Below, piece after piece: positions 48,381 to 60,215 of a stretch of DNA of 64,000 bases. This DNA comes from Lama glama (lineage: Eukaryota). The translations under genes and the position numbers were made by a program. The stretch's first letter is position 1. Every line of letters starts with the position of its first letter. The stretch lies in the NCBI GenBank assembly GCA_028534125.1, contig CM052817.1:84136001-84200000 (forward strand). Direction: 5' to 3'. The notes under the pieces are model-generated. The model did no database searches, was not told where the DNA came from, and worked only from the letters and a program-made list of their open reading frames with translations.

Positions 48381-49216
48381 AAAGGCAAGAAGATCCAAAA
48401 TAAGAAAAAGAAATAACTCTAAATATATCAGAAGTCATAATACATACAAGAGGACTAAATGCTCCAGTTAAAAGATGAGGATTCTCAAGTGGATTGAGGA
48501 AAAAAATCACCTTTACATTCTTTATAAGAGGACTATCTAACACTCAAGAGCATAATTTGAAGTAAAAGGACTAAAAGTGGAATAGGCAAATCCTAAACAG
48601 CTGTAGTCTCTATATTAACATCAAACAAAATATTTTTTAAGGAATAAAGTATCGTTAGGAATTAAATGATAAAAGGAAGAACACCCAGGACAGTATAACA
48701 CTTTTTAATTTAAATAGGGCTAATAACATAGCTTTTAAATTATATAACACACAAATTTATAGGATTGTATTGGGAGACACAGGTGTAGAAAGAAATAATA
48801 TACAAGTTAAATTTGAGATGAGTACCTGTGAAACCTCCAATTAGAGATCTTAAAAGTAGTTAGATATAACTCGTCTGTATCTCTAAAGAGAGGCCAGATT
48901 TAAGTCCAAAAATTTGAATGTAGAAGAATGTATTACTCCAGTTCAACAGATTCTGAACTTCTTGAGGAGAAGAATTATATATTCAGTTTTGTAAGGCCCT
49001 TGTGTCCATCACAATGCCTTATACAAATAAGTGCTCAATAAAGGTTAAATTGAACATATTCTCATAGATACTAATTTTTTTTAGGATGTACACATTATTA
49101 GTTTAGAGATTAATATTTACTGAATGAATACTATGGGGACTATAAGAAAGGTTATAGATATAGTTCTTGCCTTTAGAATATTGTAATTTAGTAGGAGGAT
49201 TTTTTTTTTTAAATGG

Positions 49217-49355
49217 TGGGGAGGGTATAGCTCATGGTAGAGTGAGTGCTTAGCTTGTGCATGGTCCTGGATTCAATTCCCAATACCTCTGTTAAAAAAT
49301 AAATAAATAAAAATAAAGAAACCTAATTGTCCCCCAAAAAATTAAAAAAAAGAAA
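49217..49355 (+). mobile_element. tRNA-derived SINE (Vic-1-like)
   Basis: gggagggtatagctcatggtagagtgagtgcttagc...gtcctggattcaattcccaatacctc, A-rich tail with acctaattgtccccc. Confidence 0.85.
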
Positions 49356-50699
49356 TACCAACCCCACAAAAGGGTTTTAAAGATCCAGTAACTTGAGAAA
49401 TTAAAGAGAAAATAATCAATCATTCATAATCAAGTTTTAAATGCTGTGGCATTTGGGTGAAAAGAGAAAGTTCACCAGAGATTTGAGATGTTGGAGAAAG
49501 CTGTAAATAGCTGAAATTTTAGTTGGTCCTTGAAAAGAGGGCATCTTTGTTTGGAAAAAAAAAGAAGAGGAGAGAACATTTTGGCTTGAGGAGTTAGCAT
49601 AAACAAAGGTTCAGAGGCAGAAATTATTGTATATGTTTGTGTGACATTAATAATGCTAACTTCACTGCAGTATAAGTGCTGAGTGTAAGTGTAAGACAGA
49701 AAGCTGGGTAGATGGTCATATGAAATTATGGAGGATCTTAAACTTGTTAGGGGTATGGGGATTGCTTACTAGGTAATATACAATCATGGGTTCATAAGGT
49801 GGCCTGACATAGTTTTTATAAGCTATTTCTGTGAATAATCTGGAAGTGATGTGTGAGAGGGCTTGAAAAAAGAAGGGAATGGGAAACAGGAAAATCCGTT
49901 CAAATGTATGTAAAGTAATCCAGGTATAAACAGATTAGGTTCAGAACTAAGGTAAACAGGAGAATGGAAAAAATGGGGTAAATTTGAGACATTCCAAAAA
50001 AATAAAAAGATAAAATTTGGTCTGATTGAGTATAGGCAAGCAAAACTAGAAATATGTCAAAGTTATACCTGGAATAATGATGACATCCTGGATAAACAAC
50101 GAATGTGAAGAAGAGTCAATAATTCATAAATTCATAGAAATTTAGAGATGGTTAAGGACCTGAGATATTATATCCACAGACCCCTCATTTCAGAGATGAT
50201 GAAACTAACATCAGAGAGTTAATATAATTAGTTCATGGTCAGCCCAGTAGTTAGTTGACTTTGACAAAATGGCTAGAATCCAAGGAGAGATACTCTGTGA
50301 GCACTTGGGATTATGCTGCTGGTGGGAAATCATTGTTAGTTGGGTAGAGCTGGGGAGTTGTCTGAAAGGCAATCAGAGACACGGAAGTGGATGTGCTCTT
50401 CAAGGAGAGATTGTGTAGGGACAAGAGAAGAGATACAATGATAAAGTCACAGGGAATCTCCACTCTTAGGAATTCAAACTAGAAGGGAGTTGGGGAAGTA
50501 GAGATCAGATGTGAGGACAATCAGAAGTGGCCAGATCCAGATCCTGTAGTATGTGCCCCTTGTGATGAGTTGTCTTCTGTTATTTTATTTTGCACAAAAC
50601 TCTTCATCCTGCTGCATTTTTATGTAAACATCACCATATATTCTGCCAATACTTTATCTCATGTTGATTTTCCTCCCATGCATCTTCCTTTTACTTATT

Positions 50700-51160
50700 T
50701 ATTAATATTTAATAATATAATAAGCAAACAAGACCTAACATTTCGTATTTGAAACATTGACAATAATCTACCTATGCACTGCTCTTCCATTCCATCTCCC
50801 TGACTCACCACACCTAATATAAGCACTATTTTTTGCACTTGTATAGTATTTTATCACTGTATGTATACATATACCTACTAAATGAGTTCTCTAGTTACTT
50901 TTTTACTTTAAAGGGGCTATAAATAATCTTAGAACTCGCTAAGATTAATCCATATTTTTGTGTGTAGCTGTAGTCCATTCATTTTCACTGCTTTAGAGTA
51001 TTCCATACATGACTGTGCCACACTTTGCTTTCCTGTCAATGGTCATTTAGCCTATTTCCAGAGAGTTTAGTCTACTTTGAATAGTGTTACTATGAACATT
51101 CTTGTATATGTCCCCTGTTGTATATTGTAAGGACTTCTTTTGGGTATATATCTACTTATA
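50700..51160 (-). mobile_element. Old L1 (L1ME-like) fragment
   Basis: tgtgtagctgtagtccattcattttcactgct...tattccatac...tatgaacattcttgtatatgtc...tttgggtatatatcta. Confidence 0.7.
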
Positions 51161-51727
51161 TTGATTTAAAAATCTTTCTGTGATGCATAGCATATTAAAA
51201 TGGCATTAGGCAAATTTTCTGATTGTGGAAATTCAAGTCTAAAATGAACAACATCTTTTCCTAAGGTGAATAGATTCACCTTGTATAGTGTACACTCTAG
51301 ATAAGGGATATTTACCAAACGTTTTCTTGGGGAGCAAAATTATAAGCTAGAGTTGGTCACTGATTTTTTTTCCACTGACCCAATTTAATGTCAATGCTAT
51401 TTTCAGGATACAAAAGGAAAACTGAGGGCCAGAGGCAAGGAAGAGAGGTAACAGTTAACTGAAGCTTAGCACTGCTTGGCAGCGAGTCCAGGAAAATTCA
51501 CCTTCATCTCATTTGAGGGTCCTCTTACCCTCCCTAGCAGCCCTCCTTGTGTGAGGGGGAACAATATGAACAAAAAGAACCAAGGGAAAGGGCTCTGTCA
51601 GATTTGTTCACTCAGAATCAGTTGATAGTCTGCCAAGAAAAGTTTCTCATCCTCAAGAGGTTCTGAGGATAAAATTCTCATCTCTTTGTGAACATACAAG
51701 AAAGAACTCTTCTCTGGTTGAGGATCC

Positions 51728-51755
51728 TGTGTGTGTGTGCGCGCACGCACACACA
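51728..51755. repeat. Near-palindromic alternating purine-pyrimidine tract
   Basis: TGTGTGTGTGTGCGCGCACGCACACACA. Confidence 0.9.
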
Positions 51756-52240
51756 AGCACAGATAGACGTGCAAAGGAAAAGTGAACACTGGACAGACAC
51801 AAACGCTATCCTGCACTCTCTTTATTATTGTCTTCTATTTTTTCTGTGTTAACAAATATATCTTCACTTAAATAGGAATTGTTGCTATACCCTAAATAGC
51901 AATTACCTTGTGGCTCAAATTTCCCACTTATTTGTACTTGGAGTAATCATACCTTGAAAATCTATGCACATTTTTTAGTCAAACCTAATTTCCTGCTTTG
52001 ACTAAGCCTCTTGACCTTTGTGCCCAATGACAATTTATCCCGTTTTACACCAACTCACAAGGTGTCACAATGGAAAGGAAAAAGTGGTTATCTGGTTATG
52101 TATGGATGCAGAAATGGAGGGGCTAATGAAGCAGCAGCGTGATATGAGCCATACTGCCTTACAGTGGGGTCTTCTTTGACAGGAACTTAGGGAAGAATCT
52201 TATGGCCTCTAATTTCTAGACATTTGCTGTACTCCTATTC

Positions 52241-52340
52241 TTTTCTTCTTGGAAAATAGTTTTTTTTTAAAAGTTAAATAGTATACAAATGGCATGAGTT
52301 AAGGTGGAACCCAGTGCCAATGCATTATCAATTATTCCAA
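52241..52340 (+). repeat. Local direct duplication, copy 1 (pair at 52999-53096)
   Basis: ttttcttc...aaaatag...taaatagta(t/c)acaaatg(g/c)catgagtt(a/t)aggtggaac..agtgccaa...aattattccaa. Confidence 0.88.
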
Positions 52341-52998
52341 GCCCACACACAAAACATGTATGAAGTATTGTTTCTGAATCACAATGTGCATTCTACAAGG
52401 AGATACTTAAATCAAGATGGAAACAATAGAGGCTTCTTCCTTCTTTGGATAGTACTTAAGTCATGACAAGGAACTATAGCTCTTTTTCTTACTGTATCAA
52501 ATAAGGATGCATCTCCCAATTTGTTTACCAACCCCATCAAAGGGGCTGGATGTAAATTGCATCCAATTAAGGTCTGTGCTTACAAGTACATTCCTATAGA
52601 GTGAATATTATTTGGAAATTCTTTATGTAACCCCTATTCAGAATTTATCTAAATATATTGTTAATATTCAAGGTTTTTAGACTCAGCCCCATAAAATAAT
52701 ATCATTGCATGTTTACTCATCTCCAGTTTAAAAAAAAAAAGAAAGAAAGAAAGAAAAAATTTGACTAGGGCTATTTAGAGTAGAAAAGGTGAATTCCTCT
52801 TGCAGAAAGAGCATTAACTGGAGCATTCTGATTCTTGTGGAGAATTAGTGCAGCAATTTTTTACAGATAAAAGAACCTCTTATCTTATGAAGAGCTGCAT
52901 TAATTACAGCCTGAAATTCTGCTTCACGCATCCTCTTTCAGAGCCAAGGGTAGAACAGAAAAGATGTGTGCTGTTGGAAGTCTGTAATCCCTTTTTCT

Positions 52999-53096
52999 TT
53001 TTCTTCATGTAAAATAGCTTTTCTGAAAGGTAAATAGTACACAAATGCCATGAGTTTAGGTGGAACAGAGTGCCAAAGCAATACTAATTATTCCAA
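52999..53096 (+). repeat. Local direct duplication, copy 2 (pair at 52241-52340)
   Basis: Same colinear match as copy 1. Confidence 0.88.
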
Positions 53097-53745
53097 CAAC
53101 AGCAGTAGCTATAACTTTAAAGGCAAAAAACAAATTCCAATGTTATGAATAACTTTGCTGATCATAATAAAAGAAGATGAAATTTAATGTCAGTAGCAGT
53201 ATGAGTGTAGGAGGTAATTCTATTTCATTTTCTTTTCAGGCAAAACAGAAACAGAACATGGTGATACAAGCAAGTGAAAAAACCCAGGTAATAAAGAGTA
53301 TGATGTATCTTCGATCTATATTGAGGCCAAAAGCTTTGGATTTAGAGCTATGAAAGGCAGTTTCATTTTCTAGAATCTATGTTAAGACCTATAGTTCTTA
53401 TCTCCTCCTGTTTCCCTTATTGGGTGATGGTGATCAGCCAAGTAAATGGATATACAGGAGGGAAGTGAGAGTAATATATTGAGCAGATTTTCTCTATGAC
53501 AGCTGTATTATTGTACATGAAAAGTTTACCAATACCTCTTCGTGTTTACTTTGCACCTCTTCATGACCTTTGTCCCCTTTCCTATTTAGCACAAACTCTT
53601 GCCCAGGCCTTGTCCAATGATTGATTTAAGTCCAGCTTTGTGTGCATGGAAGCCTGCCATATAGTGGTGTTGCCTACATGCTCAGGGGTAGGGAAAAAAA
53701 TTCTTTCCTCATTTATCTATGCATCTATAAAGGAAGCCAGGATAT

Positions 53746-53989
53746 TCTTTTTTATTATTAAAGTATAGTTCATTTACAATGTTGTGTCAGCTTCAGGTGT
53801 ACAGAAAAGTGATTCAGTTTATATATATGTATACATATATGTTCTTTCTCAGATTCTTTTCCATTATAGGTTATTACAAGATATTGAATATAGTTCCCTG
53901 TGCTCTACAGTAGCTCCTTGTTGTGTATCTGTTTTACATATAGTAGTGTGTATTTGCTAATCCCAAACTCCTAATTTATCCCTCCCCCC
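53746..53989 (-). mobile_element. Short L1 3' end (same family as the 14166 element)
   Basis: aagtatagttcatttacaatgttgtg...attgaatatagttccctgtgct...tcccaaactcctaatttatccctccccc; TSD-like g(a/g)agcca(g/a)gata on both sides. Confidence 0.88.
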
Positions 53990-54319
53990 AGGAGCCAAGA
54001 TACACTTATGCATTGTTACTATAGGCCATGTTCTCCATACCACATCCGGAAAAGGGAAACAGGTCCAATGGAATCCTCAGGAGATAAGAAGGAATTTAAA
54101 GTAGCAGTAGACAAGTCTAGTTCTATCAGTGAAAACTCAAATTACAATCCTATTACTGTTCTGTAAAAGTCCCAGATAAATAAACATGTTGAGTCTGTTA
54201 AGATAACAGCTCAGTATGGAATTGAGAGCCATCAAAGTAAAGCCCGGTGCCTTTTGATGCTCAGAATGGGTTCACAACTTACAAATGATGTTGCCTGGTG
54301 TCACAAAAAGAACCCCACA

Positions 54320-54530
54320 AACCTAGGTTTGAATTTCAGATCTGTCATTGACTTGCTGGTGACCTTGGCCAAGTGACCTTCTGCTTCTCAGTACTTGTCC
54401 ACAACAGGGAAAAATGGCACTTGGCTTGCAAAGCTGTTGGTAAGGACAGACAAATTGTATAAAGTGTTTAGAACAGTGCCTGGCCCATATGGGCTCAAAA
54501 CTAAGTTGCTTTTGTTGTTATTGTTATTAA
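54320..54530 (+). mobile_element. MIR SINE
   Basis: acctaggtttgaatttcag...gtgaccttggccaagtgac...gtataaagtgtttagaacagtgcctggccca. Confidence 0.75.
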
Positions 54531-55249
54531 TCATCTCGGCATACTGCTTTCCCACCAGATGCCTCTATTCTAATGAACATAAAAACCCTATTGAACCTGA
54601 AATAATAAAATAATAAAATGCCTCAAATTCAGAGACCACTTTTTGATCCAAAGTACTCAAAATCCTCCTGTCTATTCCTCCTCTGATTAGTTCTGTAGAG
54701 GAAAGGAGTACTTTCATGAGGACCTCTGAGAACAGGTGCAGGGGTGGGGGTAGGACAGGATATCACTGCCTGGCCACTTTCTGGCTGTACTGATTTCACC
54801 AGCCAATCCAGGCTAAATCAAGGAACAAAATGACACCAGAGGGAAGCTGAGCAGACTCTTCACCTCTTAGATAACCAAGGATGTCTTAGTGGATCCCATC
54901 CACTACACAAAATGCAGATCGAGTCACCTGAAAAAATAAATAAAGAATTTGGAAAATGAGCAATTTACACAAAAGCTAAGATTTGAAGCAAAGATGTGGA
55001 TTTCTCTCAAATATCATTTTTAAAAATTTTGTCCAGAATTAGCCCAGTCATTGCTTCCGTTCTCAGCTTTTCTCAAGCTGTCAAAAGAGAGCCAAACTTA
55101 GTTCCCTCAGGTTTCTTGCTGGCTGCAAAATGATACGAGGCCCTGCATCTCCTCCCTGGTGTTTCAGTCCTTTCTGTGTGCGATTGCTTCATCCACCACC
55201 TGCCTCACGCCAACTCTCTGCCTACTATTTTCTTCTCTGTCTCTCCTTC

Positions 55250-56400
55250 CTGTGTGGCCACTTGGCCAGCTTGCCAGCAGTGAATTGGCCGGGAGCAGTG
55301 GGCTGTCACGTGACGGAATCCCAGCCGCTGTGAAGCACCCACGTCTGAGTTTTCCATGACGCACCTGCTGCCGTCACATTGGCTCCCAAGTAAATAAATG
55401 GTCAAATCTTTTCCAAAAGTGGTTTTGACAAAGAGTAGCTTAAATTGCCAAAGATGTTGACAAATGGGCTGCTATCTGAGTCAAGCAACCCATTTGAACA
55501 AGAACAGATAAGGCCCACCCCTTTATCCTCTTGCCTTTTTACATTGATATTCCCGTCGAGACAAAGGGAAAGAGGAAAAGGAAACAAAGGCAGATCTTTA
55601 GCTCTGACTGACCCAGAGTTGATTAGGATGCTGATCTGTGTGGCAGGTTTCTAGGTTCTCACCCAACTTCTTGGCTGCTATTCAAAGGATTTAACAGTGC
55701 GCTTTGTAAATAGTGGTGTACAAAGCCGGTCTAAAAATAGTACATTTCCAGGGTCTGAATTGGGTGAGTGAAATGAGTGGCAACGGCTGTATTGTACAAG
55801 GCAGATTACAAGCAAGTTACTCGATGGTACTTGATATGCAGGGTTATTCACATGCTTCATCTGGTTTGGTTAAGTAATGCAAACATATTTACCAACGTGC
55901 ATGATCGTTTTGTTTATTTGTGCTCTGGAGAGCTTGTTTGTGTGTTTATGACCGACAAATGTACATGCTCTATTTTCTGACAATCAAACAAAGCTCTCCC
56001 AATGAGGTAAATAGCTGAGTTAAATGGTGGAGCCGACACTCCTGAGAATCGCTGATGTGACACTCTGGTGGTTGTTAATGACAGGTTTCCTGCTGCGCTT
56101 GCTGCCCTAAAGGATTTTTTGCTGAAGGTGGGAATCAACAAGAGGCTCTGCAGTTGAGGTGGGGGGGAGGGGTTGCTACGAGGTCTGGCTGAAATCTCTC
56201 TAGAAACCCTGTGCATGAAAGCTTGCGCCTCACTAGTAATTTTTCACTGAGGGAGCTACTGTGTTGTTTTTGCTCGCCCTTGCTCCTGCGGCTGGGTTGT
56301 TGTGTGGGTCGGCGGAGACTAGAACAGTTGTTGGCGTCGCCGATTGTGACTGTTGAAGGCAGGTCACTGGTAACTTTCACAGAAGACTCTGGCTCAGGGA
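55250..56400. promoter_or_regulatory. Candidate promoter or strong enhancer (CpG-retaining, motif cluster)
   Basis: ATTGG 55284-55288, palindromic GTCACGTGAC 55305-55314, TGACGCA 55357-55363, CGTCA 55372-55376, ATTGG 55378-55382, TAAATAAA 55391-55398; second CpG-rich patch at ~56200-56345; no TE signature recognised. Confidence 0.55.
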
Positions 56401-56829
56401 GAATTCCAAAGGAGCATTAAATAAGAACATTATTTTCTGAAACAAAGTTGCTGGGAATGTGTTTTGCAGTCATTGGAAAGCAAGAGACACCCCTTCTATT
56501 TTCAGCTGTAAGTGGTGGTTGTTCCTATATATTTTGTGGAGAGAAATGTCCTCATACCAAAACACAATATAATTATTTCCTACATAAGTAATTGTCTTTT
56601 AGGCAGTTTGGAGACTCTCTCATTTAATACAATGTGAAAACTCTCAGGTAAAGCCTTCAGTTGTTCTGGCAGGTCCATTTCCTCTTAGAAGATGGAAACT
56701 TGAAGGGGTTGGACCAGGGAAATACATAAAAGAGGATTTAAAAAAAAAAAAACCAGTCTGTCACTTTAGGAGAAACATTTCTCCTACCCAAATTTCATGC
56801 TTTTAACTTGATACAGTCTTAGGTAAATT

Positions 56830-57020
56830 GGGTTTGACAGTCTGGGAGTGTACATTTTGACACTCCTTTCTCCTTTACTTATGTATGACTTTGGGAAAGG
56901 TACAAAAACTCTTTGATGCTCCAGCTTCCTCATTCATAAAACAGTGAGAAGAATACCCACTTCATTATGAGGACTAAATTAGGTAATGTAAGTAAAGCAC
57001 TTGGCCCATGGTAATAAATG
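56830..57020 (+). mobile_element. MIR SINE
   Basis: atgtatgactttgggaaagg...cagcttcctcattcataaaacag...gaggactaaattaggtaatgtaagtaaagcacttggc. Confidence 0.7.
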
Positions 57021-58362
57021 GGAGTCAATTAGACAGCATTCCTGGACATACCCTCTCACCTGCCTAATATCCTAGTTTCCCTCAAAATAGGTATTATCTC
57101 ATAGGCCTAGTACTGTGTAGATGTCAGATTCCTTTTGATAATTACCACTATTATTATCCTGGTTGTTGAAGAATGAACAGTCCAGAGAACATTAAATCAG
57201 AATTTCCTGTCATTTCCCTCTTTATAATCAGCAACATGAAAATAGGGGTTAATTTCTCTTTGGAGCAGTCTTGGAAGATAACATAATTCATGAGTTGGGC
57301 CATTCTGGAATTTCCTCAGTCTGACTTTTATTTCTTATGCTAAGGAATTATAATTTTTTCTAATAAGGTAGATAATTTGCTTACATCCATAAAGAGTCAG
57401 AAAAACAACATAGATTTCACCTCTCGTTTGAGACTGAATCTTTGCAACAAATGAATGATTATAACTGAATAGACTTTGGTGGGAGGCGCACTCTCAGGCA
57501 TGAGCAAAGCGAGCTCAGAAAGAGCCTGATATAGTAGTTATGGAGAAATGAAGAGCCAAATAACATCCTAAAGGTCATGGTCACAGCAAAGACATTTATC
57601 CACCATGCTTGTAAAGTTAAGAAGGCTGTATGAGGTAGCTCTATAAATGGGAGGATCAAACTGTGTAAAATAAAATGTAGATGGTACCTTGCTAGTATAC
57701 TCTCAAGATGGCTTTCAGTATCTGGGCTACAGTGTTCTAAACTTACTCTACTGAGAAGGATCACTTGATGTTTAGTGATCATTATCCAAAGTTAACTAAG
57801 TTCCTATAAACAAAATCTCAGCCAAATATATGTAAATATTGGAATTGAACTTTTTATAAAATTTTCACATCATTATACTTAAAAACCATGTCAAAAGGCA
57901 GAGGATTTTGAAAATTGTCCAAGTTTCATTTTCACTGGCCAAATTGAAATGATTCCTCTGTTTTCTTTTCAGAGAGGCACAATCTTGCCTCTAAGGGGCT
58001 TCTCTTCTCAAAGGGATGAAATGTACAAACACAGCAACTGAAAGAATGCCACTATCTCTTTCAATTCATTTGAGATTTGTTTTGCTTTTCTGTTTTGTTG
58101 CAAGCCTATCTACTAATGTGCTGACTGTATTCTAGGCATTGAGAGGGATTAAAAGCTGTCACTGTGCTCATGGATCTTGTTGAGAGAGAAATGACTTTCA
58201 TCTAAAAACCACTCAAGACAGTGTCCATAAGTGCCCCATTGAATTTAATCAGCTGCTAACATAATGGCAGAGATCACCAAGGCTGTGGATGGTTAACACC
58301 ACGGAGGCTAGTGTGGCAGAGAAGTGGAATTTAGTAAAGGTAGATGGCGGGGGCGGGGTGGC

Positions 58363-58745
58363 TGTTACAGGCTGAATTATGTCTCCTTCAATTCATGTGT
58401 TGAAGATCTAACCTGAGAATGTGATTGTATTTGGATATAGGTCCTTTAAAGAGGTAATTAAGTTAAAATGAGATCATTAGGATAGGCCCTAATCCAATAT
58501 GACTTGTGTCTTTCTAAGAAGAGATTAGGGGACACACACACACACACACACAGAGGAGAGATCATGTGAAGACACGAGGAGAAGATGGCCATCTGCAAGC
58601 CCTGAGGAGAGGTCTTATAGGAAATCAACTCTGCTGACACCTTGATTTCAGACTTCTGACATCCAGAAGCACAAGAAAATAAGTTTCTATTGTGAGCCAC
58701 CCTGTCTGTGGTACTATGTTATAGGAACCCATGTAGACTAATACA
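58363..58745 (+). mobile_element. MLT1 (MLT1A/B-like) solo LTR
   Basis: TGttacaggctgaattatgtctcc...tgtatttggatatagggtcctttaaagaggtaattaagttaaaatgag...ccctaatccaatatgact...ctgctgacaccttgatttcagacttc...gactaataCA. Confidence 0.9.
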
Positions 58746-59694
58746 GTGAAGGCTGAGAGAGATTTGTTTAGGTACAGAAAAGGGCTCAAGTGGGTGCCAC
58801 ACTTCTCTGTCTCCTGCTTTTAAACATCAAATTCTTATTTGCATTTTATTTTCCTTCTTTGTGTCCTTGTCCTACTATTAGATGTAGAAGTTAGAAGATG
58901 ATGGGGAGAAGGGAGATGGAAAAGGGATTGGGGAAGGGAGAAGTGGAAATCTTTAACACCAGACTAGTGTTTTACTAGAGATCATCAGATATGGAAAAGC
59001 CACAAAAAGCAGCAACTATAAAGGCAGTGAGCAGTTTTAAAACTAAGGGATGGCATTACAAATAAGGAACCATAGAGTGTTTAACAAGATTATCGAAAAT
59101 CTGAAATTTATCTGGACTTGATAAGGAGGCCTTTATTGTTCACTTGAGACCTCTTGATAAACTCAGCCTCTCTCTTCTAAAGATAAATTCCAATATTATC
59201 ATTATAGTTTTGACTTATTTGATATTTATAACACCCCAGGGTTGCCTTCCTACCACATTATATTTGCCCTGTTGAAATATATTTTTTTACAATGGATATA
59301 AATGATGTAAATGTAATATGGAAACATTTATATCAATAGCAAAGACATGGCTGGGCTACTTAGTCAAATAGGACATGTCACTCAGGTGATTCTCATTACC
59401 CATTAAATATTTCCCAGGGAATCAAGGGCTTTCAGTTGGTCAAGAAACATCGTAGGGACAAATATACCAGTATGTGAAGATAAAATGCTGCCTCAAATCT
59501 AAGCTGCTAATCTAGGAAGACCCTGAAATTCATCTAATATATTCTACCACTCAGACATAATTTGTTTTCAGTGGTGATGTCAATAGATTTATGCTTAAAT
59601 GGCCATATGCATGTTGTGGTTCTTAAGGAAAGAGCTTATGTTTGGTCTAAGATCCTGTGAGAACTTTAAGTCTCAGTAGTGAATTTAGAGAAAT

Positions 59695-60215
59695 TGTTAC
59701 AGAATCCAAACTCATTCTGCTCGTTGCACGACAAGCCAATAAATTGGGAGATGAGGTATTAGGGCAAAGAGTAACGACCCTATTTGGAAAGTAGACAGAC
59801 AGAGAAGATGGCAAACTAATGTCCTGGAGAACCATCTTCCCCAAGTCAGAATTCAAGCTCATTTTATACTAAAAAGTAGGGAGGGGTGTGGTTGTTTGTT
59901 GCAAACTTCTTGGTGTCGAAATTCTTTGTTCTTGCAGCTGTCCACCTAGGTCAGGTCAGGATGTTCCTCTAAACCTCCAAAAAGATGAATGTTATTTTCG
60001 GTTCTGCAACTTCTTATGTCTATATGAATGGAAAAGTGTTATACCTTTATAGGTCAGAGTCTGGAGAATGGTCTGTCCTGTATATTTCAGGCTACAGGCA
60101 ACATTCTTTTACAAGAGGTGCAGAACCAGCAGGACTAAGCACAGGAAAAAGAGCACAGGGTTAGAGCTAAAGGAACAGATTTAATATGGAGTCAGATTTG
60201 TTCTTCCCTGTTACA
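59695..60215 (-). mobile_element. ERV1-type solo LTR (521 bp)
   Basis: TG...CA termini; 4-bp TSD AAAT at 59691-59694 and 60216-60219; minus strand begins tgtaacagggaagaacaaatctgactccatatt, typical of ERV1 LTRs. Confidence 0.88.

Larger units (their letters stand above)
46400..48770 (+). mobile_element. Old L1 5' region, ORF1 and start of ORF2 (degenerate), interrupted by the mini-L1 at 47596
   Basis: aaagaaataatggctgagaattttccagaat (EIMAENFP), ttttcaaaatgctaagagaaaataactgccaac, ctaagggatgtacttcaggaaga, ggactaaatgctccagttaaaaga (GLNAPVKR, start of the endonuclease). Confidence 0.75.

Noticed and set aside
56767..56786. Hairpin TAGGAGAAA-CA-TTTCTCCTA
   Set aside because: A 9-bp stem is too short for a pre-miRNA or MITE and is plausible by chance or a local template switch.
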